64,000 nt of DNA from Trichormus sp. ATA11-4-KO1 (GCA_019358915.1 JAHHIM010000005.1:96001-160000); one strand, 5' to 3'. Counted from the stretch's first letter, positions 21,769 to 32,058 are shown. Translations and numbers: made by a program. The notes: a model not told the origin generated them from the sequence alone.

Positions 21769-22023
21769 TTACCATTGTGAGGACTGAAGTTGATAATTTT
21801 TGACTGTCATCTCTACAGAAATTGGTAGCAGTTGCACTGCACAGGCTTTTAATTCAGGTTGCAGAGAATCGGGGCAAGATTCCGGATGAGTCAGGGCGTT
21901 AGCTTCGGCATGATCTGCCCATAAAGTCCCCCAGTGCATAGGGACAAACACCGTACCAGGAGCGATCGCGCAGCGTGCGTTTTACGCGTTCGCCTTTGTA
22001 ACTTTAGCAGGAAACTTGCCTTG
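21769..22023 (-). pseudogene. narB: Second copy of the narB 3' end (remnant)
   Basis: Translates QGKFPAKVTK-[ANA*NARC][14 protein letters not shown]...[28 protein letters not shown]. Bases 21833-21969 match 28329-28465 at 124/137 by manual count. Confidence 0.92.
21970..21993. repeat. 24-bp SDR-like insertion at a HIP1 site
   Basis: gcagcgtgcgttttacgcgttcgc follows GCGATCGC and is absent at the matching position of intact narB (28458-28472). Confidence 0.8.
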
Positions 22024-22054
22024 ATTTCAACGCAGACTGTTTTCTCACAGCACC

Positions 22055-23395
22055 TTACGCTGGGAAACACCTGCCAAACGCCTGAAGTAATTTAAGAGAA
22101 CCACTGATCCGAACTTTGCGCCTTAACAGTGCCCAAATCAGACTTTGTTCTTTGGCAAGAAAACCGAGCCACGTTTTGCTGTCTGCTGTGACAGAAAGAT
22201 TAGCGTTTCCAAGGTGACCGTCCTGAACCTGTACAGTTTTATTATGAATCGTCACCGTCGCACAACGAGACTCAGCACCTGTGAACGTGAAGTGGTAAAT
22301 TGCGCTTAACCCCTCCGACTGATTTCGTTGAAATAGCAATGGTAATCCGAAGAGAAAGCCTTGAATCGATTGGGGACGAATTCCACTGCTCACACGTCTC
22401 ACTGTTTTATGGGGAAAGCGTCGCGCAACATAGCTTTCTGCATCCGATCCTGGCACCACATAGATCGTTTCGGTTTTGTCTTGCAACGGTTTAACCACTT
22501 CTTGAACAAACGCTTTACGATCGCTCAAAAACGGCGCAATCACATCCTCTCCCGCAGGACAGACCGCCATGCAATAAGCCGCTTTATATTGGGCATTAAA
22601 GGACAAACTTTGCCACATGGAGGCGGATTCAGAATCGTTGACTTTTTGCCGATAAGCATGAGCGCTCTTACTGTCAGCGATTGTCCCTGCCCAATCGGTA
22701 AACCCGCTCATAAATTCACGGTAATTATGGGTATAGCAGGCAGAGAAACTAAAGTGACCGTCGGCACCGATCGCACCGACTGGACAAGCGGCTACACACA
22801 ACTTGCATTCGACACAGGGATTGTAGTCGATGGGATGAGTGTATTTTGTTACGGCTGCATCAATCAGAATCGTGCCCAGGGCAATGAAATTGCCAAACTT
22901 CGGATGAATCACCAACCGATGAATGCCCATATGACCTAACCCAGCTGCCACCGCGACAGGCTTGTGGGAAATAACCCAGACTTTGCCAGGAAATTGATCC
23001 ATTTCCATCGGGAAACTTGCCCCTGGCACCATGCCGCGTACCCCAGTCTGCTCCAAGGTTCTGACAATCCTGCGAGCGACTTCATTGGCATGATCATAGT
23101 TAGCATGAAATTCAAGGTTGGCAGCAGAACGCACAGGCGTGCGAATATTTTCCCGATTCATTCTGGTGACAAAACTAATCAGCGTTTTAGTGGGTGGAAA
23201 TGCCCGCAGAATATCGGCGTGCTGATCGGCGATCGCGGGTCGGTCAACTTCCACAAATCCCACATCATCAGCACCCGCCTCTAAGCAGAGCGATTGAAGA
23301 GCGTCTGAGTTCAATAGAACAGTAGTTGCTGATTGGTTACTTGTAGCCTGTTCCCGCCACCATTTCACAGTAGGGTGATCATCAAATTTAGCCAT
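22055..23395 (-). CDS. QueG/reductive-dehalogenase-like 4Fe-4S protein with C-terminal SCP2 sterol-binding domain
   Basis: GADDVGF, SHKPVAVAAGLG, CVECKLCVAACPVGAI and YCMAVCP motifs; C-terminal SCP2-like YHFTFTG..ANLSVTADSKTW..KVRISG. Confidence 0.75.
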   Translation of the reverse strand: MAKFDDHPTVKWWREQATSNQSATTVLLNSDALQSLCLEAGADDVGFVEVDRPAIADQHADILRAFPPTKTLISFVTRMNRENIRTPVRSAANLEFHANYDHANEVARRIVRTLEQTGVRGMVPGASFPMEMDQFPGKVWVISHKPVAVAAGLGHMGIHRLVIHPKFGNFIALGTILIDAAVTKYTHPIDYNPCVECKLCVAACPVGAIGADGHFSFSACYTHNYREFMSGFTDWAGTIADSKSAHAYRQKVNDSESASMWQSLSFNAQYKAAYCMAVCPAGEDVIAPFLSDRKAFVQEVVKPLQDKTETIYVVPGSDAESYVARRFPHKTVRRVSSGIRPQSIQGFLFGLPLLFQRNQSEGLSAIYHFTFTGAESRCATVTIHNKTVQVQDGHLGNANLSVTADSKTWLGFLAKEQSLIWALLRRKVRISGSLKLLQAFGRCFPA

Positions 23396-23492
23396 TGCGG
23401 ACTCCTGAATGGATGTTTACCCGTACTTACAAGGTTTTGAGCCATGCAAGTTCTTCCGATCCAATGCGTTATGTGACTGATTGCAGGGAGTA

Positions 23493-24554
23493 TTATGATC
23501 CGTGCTTGACCTGCCAGTGGTCACTACTCATCACGAACTGCGGCGCAGGTGGCATAGGGTGGAAGTGCTCACGCTCAAACCGATCCAGATTGTACCCCGG
23601 CGTAAAAGGGACGAGATTGAATTGCAAGAAGGCGCGTAACCGATTGGCAAAGGTCTTGCGGGCAAACGGCATTGCAGCATAGCGCCGGACTGTTGTTTCA
23701 AAATCTTCCGCTGGATGTCCGGTCAGATCCTCGACAACATCGTTCGGCGCACCAAATTCAAACGCGCCTTGCTTGTGGTCTTCAATGTAATAACGGAAGT
23801 TGCTCAGTTCAAAGGCGGAGACCCCCTGTAAGCGCGCCGCCCTTTCAAACATCCACCACGGTAAGTTAACAGCAAAGACAGGGCTTTTAAGCACTTTCCG
23901 AACAGTTTTGGCTATATCATAGGCAGACACCAGTTTTGGTCCCGTCGGGCGATAGATTTTGCCAGCATAGCGATCAGGGTTCATCAGTAGGGCAACGACA
24001 ACGCGGGCAATATCTTCATTAGAAGGTGGAGCATTGCGGCTGTCGCCAGTCAAAACGGGAAATATCCCCAGCAAAGAGGCGAAGTCGATCAACCGCAGAT
24101 AGTTATCGGCAAAGTACCCAGGATTGAGATTCACATAGGCAACGCCGGGAATGGTAGACAACATCTGCTCGACCAACCACAGTTGGCGCGTTTGCAGAGA
24201 CGGATGGTTCGGACTGGCGAGCCACTGGCTGAGTCCCACGACCGCTTCGAGCTTTGACTCCCGGGCGGCGGCAACAAACACAGCCGCGCTCTGAATCATG
24301 TACGGGTGGAACGGCGGGCAATAATAGGCGCGCACAGTTCCCCGCATCGCCTCCAGCATCTGATCGGGATCGAACAGATCGGCGACAACGGTTTCCACGC
24401 CAAGACGGTCGAGTCGTTTGCTCCGCCCATCACGTGAACGGACGATCGCCCGCACGGGCCAGCCTCTCTCAAGCAGTTGGGCAACTACAGCGCCTCCCGT
24501 CTTACCCGTTGCACCTGTCACTAAGATCTTGGGGGGATGATCAAATTTAGCCAT
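23493..24554 (-). CDS. NmrA-family NAD(P)-binding protein
   Basis: ILVTGATGKTGG Rossmann motif, VRAIVR and EDIARVVVALL. Start placed at ATG 24554 (GGAGG RBS). Confidence 0.88.
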   Translation of the reverse strand: MAKFDHPPKILVTGATGKTGGAVVAQLLERGWPVRAIVRSRDGRSKRLDRLGVETVVADLFDPDQMLEAMRGTVRAYYCPPFHPYMIQSAAVFVAAARESKLEAVVGLSQWLASPNHPSLQTRQLWLVEQMLSTIPGVAYVNLNPGYFADNYLRLIDFASLLGIFPVLTGDSRNAPPSNEDIARVVVALLMNPDRYAGKIYRPTGPKLVSAYDIAKTVRKVLKSPVFAVNLPWWMFERAARLQGVSAFELSNFRYYIEDHKQGAFEFGAPNDVVEDLTGHPAEDFETTVRRYAAMPFARKTFANRLRAFLQFNLVPFTPGYNLDRFEREHFHPMPPAPQFVMSSDHWQVKHGS

Positions 24555-24578
24555 TGAAGCCTCCAGATTCGTTTTTGT

Positions 24579-24590
24579 ATGTATATACAT
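24579..24590. promoter_or_regulatory. Palindrome ATGTATATACAT, candidate MarR operator 2
   Basis: Perfect 12-bp palindrome upstream of the NmrA start, identical to the one upstream of marR. Confidence 0.65.
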
Positions 24591-24612
24591 GTTTTTTGCA
24601 AAGCCTCTTAGG

Positions 24613-25068
24613 TTAACTCAAGGTTGTTACCTCCGATAACAGCGACAGCAGAGTTTGCCATTTCTGTTCTCCAAAGTGTTGTCTGAGTTCCGCTTGCACC
24701 TGCTCCCACAAAGGCATGGACTCCGCTAGAACCGCCTGTCCCTCAACCGTCAAAGATACCAACTTAACCCGCCGATCTTCCCCTGGGGCGATCGCAACTA
24801 ATTTCTGTTTTTCAAGCAACTTAATATTTCGAGTTACCGTGGTTTGGTCAGCAAATAATTCTTGAGCCAAACGAGTGATAGCGACAGGCTCAAACAGATG
24901 AATTGCTACGAGGAATGTAAACTGGTTTACCACCAAACCCGCCGGGCGCAATGCAGCATCATATACTTGCGTCAAGATTCGCGAAGCCCGACGAATATGC
25001 AGTCCCATACAGGTCGCCGGGACTTGATTGGCGATCACAAGTTTTGCTTTGAGAGGGGAATCATTCAT
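24613..25068 (-). CDS. MarR-family transcriptional regulator
   Basis: CMGLHIRRASRILTQVYDAALRP, TTVTRNIKLLE and DRRVKLVSLT..G motifs. Confidence 0.92.
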   Translation of the reverse strand: MNDSPLKAKLVIANQVPATCMGLHIRRASRILTQVYDAALRPAGLVVNQFTFLVAIHLFEPVAITRLAQELFADQTTVTRNIKLLEKQKLVAIAPGEDRRVKLVSLTVEGQAVLAESMPLWEQVQAELRQHFGEQKWQTLLSLLSEVTTLS

Positions 25069-25073
25069 ATAAC

Positions 25074-25103
25074 ATGTATATACATATAATTTGATATTGT
25101 CAA
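25074..25103 (-). promoter_or_regulatory. marR promoter (TTGACA -35) overlapped by palindrome ATGTATATACAT
   Basis: Minus strand reads TTGACA-N17-TATACA; the palindrome is at 25074-25085. Confidence 0.65.
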
Positions 25104-25198
25104 GTAGAATTTGTCTTGTTTAGTCAATCTCATTTGATACTGAGCTTTAGCAAAGAAGCTTGGTACGCTACCAGTAATTTCAGTCACATCTGCGGAAT

Positions 25199-25846
25199 GT
25201 GGGATCAAATAGCGCAGGAATTAAAACAGAAATTTATTCCCGTTTATTTTCAGAAATATTTTTATACATCCGCCAATATAAACCCCTCAACCCTTGGCAA
25301 GCGGTAGTCATTTATCCCACTCGCAACGTAGATACAGCAGATAGAGGTCATCACGCAGAATTATTACATAGCCATCGTGTGCAGCTGATTCATTTAGATG
25401 AATTGGGCGAAACAGCATCATTACCAATTGGGATTGCTACCATCAGATTAGTTATAGAAAATGAAGAGACAGCAATTACCACAGCCAGAGAGTTAATCAA
25501 TAGAACAAGGCAAGAAATTGATACAGAAACCAAACAACAGCAATTATTAGAATTGATAGAGACGATCTTGGTTTACAAATTCCCATCTATGAATCGAGAG
25601 GAGATTGAAAGTATGTTTAGTTTAAGTGATTTGAAGCAGACAAAGGTTTATCAAGAAGCTAAACAGGAAGGCATACAGGAAGGTAGACAAGAAGGTATAC
25701 AGGAAGGTGCGCGTCAAGAAAAGTTGAAGTTGATACCTTTACTGTTGAAATTAGGATTGAGTGTAGATCAAATAGCACAGGAATTAAATTTGCAATTAGA
25801 GGACGTACAGCAAGAATTACACAGACAATCCCCGAATCAAGATTAA
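25199..25846 (+). pseudogene. Rpn-family (DUF2887) nuclease/putative transposase, 5'-truncated
   Basis: YSRLFSEIFLY, WQAVVIYP, LIETILVYKFP..REEIESMF and QEG repeats are present; the N-terminal PD-(D/E)xK core is absent. Confidence 0.75.
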
Positions 25847-25852
25847 TAAATT

Positions 25853-26357
<505 letters not shown>

Positions 26358-26387
26358 TTAGGATAATTTTTGCCTTTTTTCATATTT

Positions 26388-26479
26388 AGGACTTACGCAC
26401 TCGCTACAAAAATCAAGGCTTTGAGATTGCTTCCCTACGGTCGCAATGACGAAAATACGTGGTTGGTTACGTAAGTCCT
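26388..26479. mobile_element. MITE-like element with terminal inverted repeats
   Basis: AGGACTTACG...CGTAAGTCCT termini, with an internal gagattgcttccctacggtcgcaatgac hairpin. Confidence 0.65.
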
Positions 26480-26492
26480 GATATTCTAAAGT

Positions 26493-26660
26493 TTACTTTC
26501 TTGGATACCTTTTATAATGCCCTCTTACAGGAGTTCCATCTTTCCGACGATATGGTGTTGAACAATGCCAAAGGACGTAGGCTTTATTGGCTTGCTCCTG
26601 AACTGATGCAGGAAGATCGTCTAGCTGTTTGCGAAATGACTTTGTGACACTTGATTTCAT
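26493..26660 (-). pseudogene. Truncated/chimeric RelE/ParE-like toxin (55 aa)
   Basis: MKSSVTKSFRKQLDDLPASVQEQANKAYVLW followed by an unrelated tail; ATGA overlap with the upstream antitoxin. Confidence 0.65.
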
Positions 26661-26887
26661 TTTTTTGTTGGAAAAACTTGATCAAGCGGAACGGTTTCAC
26701 CTTTCGCAATTTCCTGACGTACCATTGCAGCCATCTGATCCCATTGATCATCGCTTGTAGCAGCAAAATGAGCTTCCCATTTTTGTTCGTCTTGTAATTC
26801 TGCTAAAAATCGAGTAGCGATCGCATCTTGTTGATCAGGTGGGAGTTTTTGGATTTGGGCGATCGCCTGTTGAAGGAGTTCAGTCAT
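26657..26887 (-). CDS. Putative antitoxin
   Basis: MTELLQQAIAQIQKLPPDQQDAIA..DEQKWEAHF, coupled to a RelE/ParE-like ORF. Confidence 0.7.
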   Translation of the reverse strand: MTELLQQAIAQIQKLPPDQQDAIATRFLAELQDEQKWEAHFAATSDDQWDQMAAMVRQEIAKGETVPLDQVFPTKK

Positions 26888-27098
26888 GATTTTGTTATGG
26901 TAAAAACCACAATCGCACATAGTTTCTCAATCTTAGCTGAGGCTCAGGGAAATGCTCTGTGGCGGAGTATAAACAGCAGTGGCAACTCAATCCGATTATT
27001 CCATGACTTCGTGTGAAAGGTTGATCCACTTCATTATATTCCATGTATATAACCCAAGTTGCGGGTTATAAAATTCTGAATGCTTCGTAAGGGTTAAT

Positions 27099-27278
27099 TT
27101 AGGTAAATGCACATGAAAAGTTGACGGTTGCATTCTGTTGAAACTTACCGCCTATGCATCCATCGGAATCTACGGAAGAGATAGGGAAGTAGGCTGGAAT
27201 TATTGCAGGGTTGGTAAGCGCATCAAAAATGCTACTGACAGGAGCATTAATGACGACGGACTTGTCGATTGAGAGCAC
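27099..27278 (-). pseudogene. Integron cassette remnant, SRPBCC/AHSA1-like N-terminus (59 aa)
   Basis: GTG start shortly after the attC R' site; VLSIDKSVVINAPVSSIFDALTNP. Confidence 0.65.
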
Positions 27279-27296
27279 AGTTTCTTTTCCTTTGGA

Positions 27297-27384
27297 GGCT
27301 AACGTTGATGTTCAGCGGTTGCAAATCAAATCTTGCTGCATCACGAGCAAAAACCGACAATCCGCTGCAACAGCGTTGTTGTGC
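27297..27384 (-). mobile_element. attC: Integron attC site (88 bp)
   Basis: Minus strand: R'' GCACAAC, L'' GTTGCAGC (extra G), GGATTG..CAACC stem, L' GCTGAAC, ATCAAC spacer, R' GTTAGCC. Confidence 0.85.
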
Positions 27385-27395
27385 TGCTGCCAACA

Positions 27396-27503
27396 TCATA
27401 GATATTCAAGTTTTACATACACCTCTGTTGGGTGAAAAATGACATAGGAGATATTCCATTGGCGAAACCCTAAACTCTGATACAACCTTGCAGCTATTTC
27501 ATT
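27396..27503 (-). pseudogene. Integron cassette remnant, GNAT acetyltransferase C-terminus
   Basis: [15 protein letters not shown] (GNAT motif B); the stop lies 11 nt before attC R''. Confidence 0.65.
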
Positions 27504-27504
27504 A

Positions 27505-28158
27505 TATTTACCAACCGTTTTGACAAAAGATGAAGTTTTAGCAATTATTCAAAAATTATCTGGCGTGTATCAACTTTTAATTAAGTTACTTTATGGCACA
27601 GGATTACGCTTAACTGAAGGACTGAGTTTAAGAATTAAAGATGTTGATTTTGCCCAAAATCAAATTATTGTGCGCGATACAAAGGGAAATGAGAGTCGGG
27701 TGACTATGTTACCTGAAAGTATTGCTGAAGAACTAAAGATTCATTTACAAAGTGTTAAAATTCTACATCAACAAGATTTACAAACAGGCTATGGTTCGGT
27801 TTATCTGCCTTTTTCATTAGAAAGAAAATATCCGAGAGCAAAGTATGATTGGATTTGGCAGTTTGTTTTCCCTTCTGCTAGCATTTCTAAAGATCCACGC
27901 AGTGGGGAACTACGTCGCCATCATTTACACGAGAGTAGTTTACAAAAATCATTAAAACAAGCGGTTCGTCAAGCTGGTATTCAAAAAAAGGTGGGTTGTC
28001 ATACATTTCGCCACAGTTTTGCTACCCATTTACTGCAAAATGGTTATGACATCCGCACGGTACAGGAATTATTGGGACACAAGGATGTGAAAACAACGAT
28101 GATTTATACTCATGTTCTTAACCGTGGTGGTAAAGCTGTTCGCAGTCCCCTTGATTAA
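27505..28158 (+). pseudogene. intI: Integron integrase, N-terminal ~100 aa missing
   Basis: [19 protein letters not shown], integron-specific insert [41 protein letters not shown] and TTMIYTHV. In-frame TGA at 27478 upstream. Confidence 0.88.
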
Positions 28159-28255
28159 TCAAAATTTGTCATTAATGGGCAATCTTGAAAGACTAATCAC
28201 TACTTATCTAAATGGGTTATAGCACGCGAAAATATCCGGTCTTTAGCTTGGTAAT

Positions 28256-30445
28256 TTACTCGACAACAGAATAATGAGAGACTTGTGTTTCCTGTTTTTC
28301 CACTGATAATGTACTTATGGGAACTAGCTGCACTGCACAAGCTTTTAATTCTGGTTGCAGAGAATCAGGACAAGATTCGGGATGAGTCAGGGCGTTAGCT
28401 TCGGCATTATCCGCCCAAAGTGACCCCCAGTGCATAGGGACAAATACTGTACCAGGAGCGATCGCTCTGGTAATTCTAGCCGGAAACTTGGCTTGACCCC
28501 GCCGCGATCGCACGTCCACTAACTGATTATCAGTAATACCTAACTTAGCCGCATCACGGGGATGAATTTCGATAAAAGGTTCCGGGTGCATTTTACGAAT
28601 TTTCTCAATGCGACCAGTACGTGTCTGCGTATGCCAATGTCCGTAAAGTCTGCCATTAGTCATGACAAAAGGAAAATTGGGGTCAGGTGGTTCAGCCAAG
28701 CCTTTAGAATAATACGCCCCAAATCGCGCCCGACCGTCAGGAGTATGGAACCGTAAATCTGTATATAGGCGTTTAGATTCTCCACTCCCCACCCTGGAAT
28801 GAGGCCATTGTGTGGGGCCTTGAATCTGCAATTGTTCATGACTCATACCAGACATATCGCAGGGGCGATCGCCTGTCAATTGGACGAATTCTGCGAAAAC
28901 TTGAGATGAGTTGGTAAAGGCAAATTCTTTGGCAAAACCCAATCTGCGCCCTACTTCAGCAAAAATTTCCCAATCGGCTTTTGCTTCTCTTGGTGGTTGG
29001 CGGAATGCTTGACACAAGGTGATCGTTCTTTCAGAATTAGTCATTACGCCTGTTTTTTCACCCCATTGGGCAGCAGGTAAAACAACATGGGCGTAAGCAG
29101 AGGTTTCTGTAGGGTAATATGCGTCTTGATAAATTGTCAAAGGCGATCGCAATAAGGCTTTTTTGGTTCTTTCCAAATCTGGCATACTCACAGCCGGGTT
29201 TGTGGCTGCAATCCAGAGTAAACCTACAGCGTCATTTTCCAAACCAGTAATCATATCCCATGCCGTTAAACCGGGATACGGAGAAATTTGTCCTCGTGGT
29301 AATCCCCAAAAATCTTCCACTTCGGCGCGGTGTTGGGGATTTTTCACCGAACGATATCCAGGTAATAAATGTGATAACCCTCCGGCTTCTCTACCTCCCA
29401 TGGCATTGGGTTGACCTGTGAGAGAAAAAGGCCCCGCACCCGGTTTGCCAATTTGTGCAGTCATCAAATGCAGATTAATAATACTTCTGACCTTGGCTGT
29501 CCCTTCACTGGACTGATTGACACCCATCGACCATAGAGACAGCACCCGTTGAGATTCACCCCAGTACTTAGCTGCTGTTTCTAAATCTGCAATACTAATC
29601 CCACATTGATTAGCGACAACTTCCGGGGAATAATGGCGAATTACTTCCGCATATTCGGAAAAATTACTGGTGCAATCATCAATGAAGCCCACATCAATGA
29701 GTTGCCAACGCATTAATAAATGAGCAATACCATTTAATAAATCGATATCTGTACCGGGACGAATCGCTAAATGTAAATCAGCCGCTTCTGCGGTGGCTGT
29801 CCTTCGAGGGTCAACCACAACCATTTTGACTTTACGATTTTTTTTATGATATTTCGCCAATCTATTAAAAACAATTGGGTGACATTCTGCCGTATTCGTC
29901 CCAATTAAAAAAGCACAATCTGTGATTTCTAAATCTTCATAACAACAAGGAGGGCCATCAGCACCAAAGCTTTGAATGTACCCAGCCACAGCACTAGACA
30001 TACATAACCGGGAATTGGCATCAAAATTATTAGTACCCAGACATCCTTTAAGTAGTTTTTGGGCTGTGTAGTAATCTTCTGTTTGGAACTGACCAGAACC
30101 ATACATACAAATAGCTTCTGGCCCTTGGGTATGGCAGACTGTTTGGATGCGCTGTGTAATTAAATCAAAAGCTTCATCCCAACTCACCCGGCGAAACTCT
30201 TGATCTAGAGAGTCTCGCACCATTGGGTAATGTAATCTATTTTTATCTAAAGATTCTGCGATCGTTGCACCCTTAACACACACCATCCCCTGACTTGACG
30301 GGTGGTCTTTATCACCCCGCACCCGCCAAATCGGATTTCCTTGGCTATCTCTATTAGTTGGTTTAGCAGGTTGCGCTGGCGGTGAAACTTCCAATCCACA
30401 GCCAACACCACAGTAGGGACATAAGGTTTTGGTAAATTCACTCAT
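28256..30445 (-). CDS. narB: Ferredoxin-nitrate reductase
   Basis: [35 protein letters not shown] and HWHTQTRT motifs. Start placed at ATG 30445. Confidence 0.97.
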   Translation of the reverse strand: MSEFTKTLCPYCGVGCGLEVSPPAQPAKPTNRDSQGNPIWRVRGDKDHPSSQGMVCVKGATIAESLDKNRLHYPMVRDSLDQEFRRVSWDEAFDLITQRIQTVCHTQGPEAICMYGSGQFQTEDYYTAQKLLKGCLGTNNFDANSRLCMSSAVAGYIQSFGADGPPCCYEDLEITDCAFLIGTNTAECHPIVFNRLAKYHKKNRKVKMVVVDPRRTATAEAADLHLAIRPGTDIDLLNGIAHLLMRWQLIDVGFIDDCTSNFSEYAEVIRHYSPEVVANQCGISIADLETAAKYWGESQRVLSLWSMGVNQSSEGTAKVRSIINLHLMTAQIGKPGAGPFSLTGQPNAMGGREAGGLSHLLPGYRSVKNPQHRAEVEDFWGLPRGQISPYPGLTAWDMITGLENDAVGLLWIAATNPAVSMPDLERTKKALLRSPLTIYQDAYYPTETSAYAHVVLPAAQWGEKTGVMTNSERTITLCQAFRQPPREAKADWEIFAEVGRRLGFAKEFAFTNSSQVFAEFVQLTGDRPCDMSGMSHEQLQIQGPTQWPHSRVGSGESKRLYTDLRFHTPDGRARFGAYYSKGLAEPPDPNFPFVMTNGRLYGHWHTQTRTGRIEKIRKMHPEPFIEIHPRDAAKLGITDNQLVDVRSRRGQAKFPARITRAIAPGTVFVPMHWGSLWADNAEANALTHPESCPDSLQPELKACAVQLVPISTLSVEKQETQVSHYSVVE

Positions 30446-30473
30446 GGCAATTAATGGGGAGTAGGGACAAATT

Positions 30474-30541
30474 AATTCAAAATTCAAAATTCAAAATTTT
30501 TCAGTACAGGAAATTACGAATTACGAATTACGAATTACGAA
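30474..30541. repeat. Heptamer tandem repeats (AATTCAA)n and (AATTACG)n (STRR)
   Basis: Tandem heptamers are directly visible between nrtP and narB. Confidence 0.85.
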
Positions 30542-30549
30542 TTATTCCC

Positions 30550-32058
30550 TCATCTCTCCCTAACTGGGAACTGTTCCGGTGCTAATTCTGGTGCTTCGCC
30601 TTCGTGGTGTTCGGCAAATGAGCCTTTGGGTTCTTTGAGAAGAAAAGCGCACAAGAAGGTGACTATTAGTGCGGTAACACCGAGGGTCTGGAAGAAGATG
30701 CGGTTACCAATATCACCTGCTGGTAACAAACTATATAGGGTGAGATAGGCTACGGCTCCAACGTTACCGTAAGCACCAACGTTACCGGCAATCTGTCCGG
30801 TAATGCGCCGCTTGACTAAAGGCACGATCGCATAAGTGGAACCTTCGCCGGCTTGGACGAAAAATGAACAAGCCATTGTCAGTATAATTGCTAGAGGCAA
30901 CCACCAATTACTACTTACACCACTCATGAATAAATAAGCAATACCCATGCCACCTGTAAGTACGGTCATTGTCCATTTGCGACTGCCGACTGTATCCGAA
31001 ACCCAACCACCACCGGGACGGGCAAATAAGTTCATGAAGGCGAAACTAGCGGCAATCATGCCGGCTAAGACTTTGCTGAGGCTGAAGGTTGACTCGAAAA
31101 ATGCCGGTAGCATGGAAACTACTGCTAGTTCTGAACCAAAGTTGACGAAGTAAGTTAGTTCTAAGATTGCTACTTGGGAAAACTCATAGCGGTCTTGGGG
31201 AGCATAATGTTTTTTGCCGCTCATCAAATCTTGGTTGACATGCCAGCATTTATATGCTTGGAATGCGTACAAACCAACTAATAGTAGGTAGACGATGAAT
31301 AGTTGAGTTTGACTAAGTAAGCCAATTTGAGCAATCCGCCAAGCTAGTACGCCTAAGATACCAACTAAGGGAATATTACTCAACATCAACAGCCAAAAGC
31401 TTCTTTTACTGGTGACTTCTATACCACCGTGGCGGGAAGGTCGCTGATAAACTTTACCGGAGGGTGTATCTTGGACATTGAAGAAATAAATCGCTCCATA
31501 GATGGCGGCGATGATCCCAGTTAAGGCGATCGCTAGTCGCCAGTTAATTTGACCTGCTGTAAAAACTGCGGCTGCTGTGGCTAATGTGGGTAGAGTAAAG
31601 GCCGCAGCTGCTGAACCAAAATTTCCCCAACCACCATAAATTCCTTCGGCGATACCAATTTCTTTGGGGGGAAACCATTCAGCAACCATCCGGATACCAA
31701 TGACAAAACCAGCACCGACGATACTTAATGCTAGGCGGCTGATGACTAACTGGCTGAAGTTTTGTGCGAATGCAAAGGCGAGACAAGGAATCGCCGCATA
31801 CATGAGTAGCAGGGAATAGGTAATGCGTGGCCCGTATTTATCTAAAACCATGCCAATGATGATCCGGGCTGGTACCGTGAGGGCGACGTTACAAATAGCG
31901 ATGGTTCTAACTTGGGCTACACTCAAGCCTAGTGCTTCTTGAATAGCAGTTTGAAATGGGGCAAAGTTAAACCACACTACAAATGAAAGGAAGAATGCAA
32001 ACCAAGTCAAATGTAGTATGCGGTAGCGACCGTTGAATGAAAGTAAGCCTGAAATCAT
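30550..32058 (-). CDS. nrtP: NarK/NRT2-family MFS nitrate/nitrite transporter
   Basis: Multi-TM MFS with LHLTWFAFF, GWGNFG, YFVNFGSEL, ARPGGG and GAYGNVG motifs. Confidence 0.92.
   Translation of the reverse strand: MISGLLSFNGRYRILHLTWFAFFLSFVVWFNFAPFQTAIQEALGLSVAQVRTIAICNVALTVPARIIIGMVLDKYGPRITYSLLLMYAAIPCLAFAFAQNFSQLVISRLALSIVGAGFVIGIRMVAEWFPPKEIGIAEGIYGGWGNFGSAAAAFTLPTLATAAAVFTAGQINWRLAIALTGIIAAIYGAIYFFNVQDTPSGKVYQRPSRHGGIEVTSKRSFWLLMLSNIPLVGILGVLAWRIAQIGLLSQTQLFIVYLLLVGLYAFQAYKCWHVNQDLMSGKKHYAPQDRYEFSQVAILELTYFVNFGSELAVVSMLPAFFESTFSLSKVLAGMIAASFAFMNLFARPGGGWVSDTVGSRKWTMTVLTGGMGIAYLFMSGVSSNWWLPLAIILTMACSFFVQAGEGSTYAIVPLVKRRITGQIAGNVGAYGNVGAVAYLTLYSLLPAGDIGNRIFFQTLGVTALIVTFLCAFLLKEPKGSFAEHHEGEAPELAPEQFPVRER

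Noticed and set aside
22361..24550. Long + strand ORFs (192, 106, 95 and 98 aa)
   Set aside because: They are antisense shadows of the GC-rich Fe-S and NmrA genes with no recognisable motifs.
27211..27435. 74-aa + strand ORF
   Set aside because: It runs across the attC and is antisense to the cassette remnants.
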